In this document: piece by piece, positions 63,569 to 64,000 of the stretch
Numbering within the stretch: the stretch's first letter is position 1
How the letters are laid out: every line of letters begins with the position of its first letter
Assembly (NCBI GenBank): GCA_028534125.1
Contig: CM052817.1
Location: 10,542,001-10,606,000 of the forward strand
DNA from: Lama glama
Lineage: Eukaryota
Length of the DNA stretch: 64,000 nt
Direction: 5' to 3'
Made by a program: the position numbers and the translations under genes
Notes under the pieces: generated by a model
Told to the model about the DNA's origin: nothing
The model's input: only the letters and a program-made list of their open reading frames with translations
Databases searched by the model: none

Positions 63569-63575
63569 TGTGTGT
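63537..63575 (+). repeat. (TG)n microsatellite forming the SINE tail
   Basis: Read directly from sequence. Confidence 0.95.
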
Positions 63576-63695
63576 TTTAACGGGGGGAAGTAATTAGGTT
63601 TATTTGTTTATTTATTTAATGGAAGTACTGGGAATTGAACCCAGGACCTTATGCATGCTAGGCATGCACTCTACCACTGAGATGCACCCTCCCCT
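63540..63695 (-). mobile_element. tRNA-derived SINE, Vic-1-like (Camelidae), with (CA)n tail
   Basis: Minus strand ggggagggtgcatctcagtggtagagtgcatgcctagcatgcataaggtcctgggttcaattcccagtacttcc..acctaattacttcccc; perfect 17-bp TSD tccaaatccaaatctgt at 63523-63539 and 63696-63712. Confidence 0.92.
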
Positions 63696-63867
63696 TCCAA
63701 ATCCAAATCTGTTCGTCTGCCCACCGGAGGAGCTACAAGGCTTTTTTGACCCATGGTTTAATCCCTTGTAGCCCTACAGCTGTGACACTCAAGGAAAAAC
63801 AGTTCTGACCCTCAAGGGAAAAACAAGAGCAAAAATGATAAACAACCTGAGACTGAGACCAGTGAAT

Positions 63868-63896
63868 TGTGTGTGTGTGTGTGTTTGTGTGTGTGT
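63868..63896 (+). repeat. (TG)n microsatellite
   Basis: Read directly from sequence. Confidence 0.95.
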
Positions 63897-64000
63897 ATAA
63901 AAACCAGGGGGAAAAAAAACTTAAGAAAGGGTAACTTTTCGGAAGTCTTTGGCTTTGGAAGCTACGTTGATGGTAAGCTAGAATTGGAAAGATTGATTGA

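Noticed and set aside
1..64000. ORF-track ORFs (60-215 aa) as genes
   Set aside because: Many start at non-ATG codons, overlap on both strands or lie in repeats, and none shows a recognisable domain except the L1 ORF2 fragment; consistent with chance ORFs in non-coding mammalian DNA
1..64000. Prokaryote-style novel system (CRISPR array, operon, defence island)
   Set aside because: The DNA is mammalian; there is no repeat-spacer array, no gene-dense region and no intact enzyme ORF
1..64000. Naming a host gene or inferring its strand from repeat orientation
   Set aside because: No identifiable exon; L1 and LTR fragments occur on both strands without clear bias

Overview
Non-coding mammalian genomic DNA (a large intron or gene desert), very probably camelid. 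Two tRNA-derived SINEs match the Camelidae Vic-1 layout, and no Alu, Bov-tA/BovB, PRE-1 or Can-SINE was seen. I cannot support any host protein-coding exon or gene name; the only ORF with a recognisable product is a dead LINE-1 ORF2 C-terminus. Much of the window is fossil transposon: many MIR and L2 pieces, L1 fragments concentrated at 16-28 kb, MaLR/ERVL/ERV1 solo LTRs, hAT and mariner MITEs (some with intact target-site duplications) and a CR1/L3 remnant. The 500-N gap is flanked by an exact 199-bp duplication and is probably an assembly artefact. The best leads are (i) a transposon-poor block at about 10-13.8 kb with twin PBX/MEIS-PKNOX decamers followed by a possible short first exon, (ii) further TALE/HOX motif clusters near 20.3, 42.4, 46.7 and 61.4 kb, and (iii) a possible 18-nt frame-preserving microexon at 58096-58113. 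I found no evidence of a new multi-gene system. Repeat families were named from remembered consensus motifs without RepeatMasker, and boundaries of old repeats are approximate.
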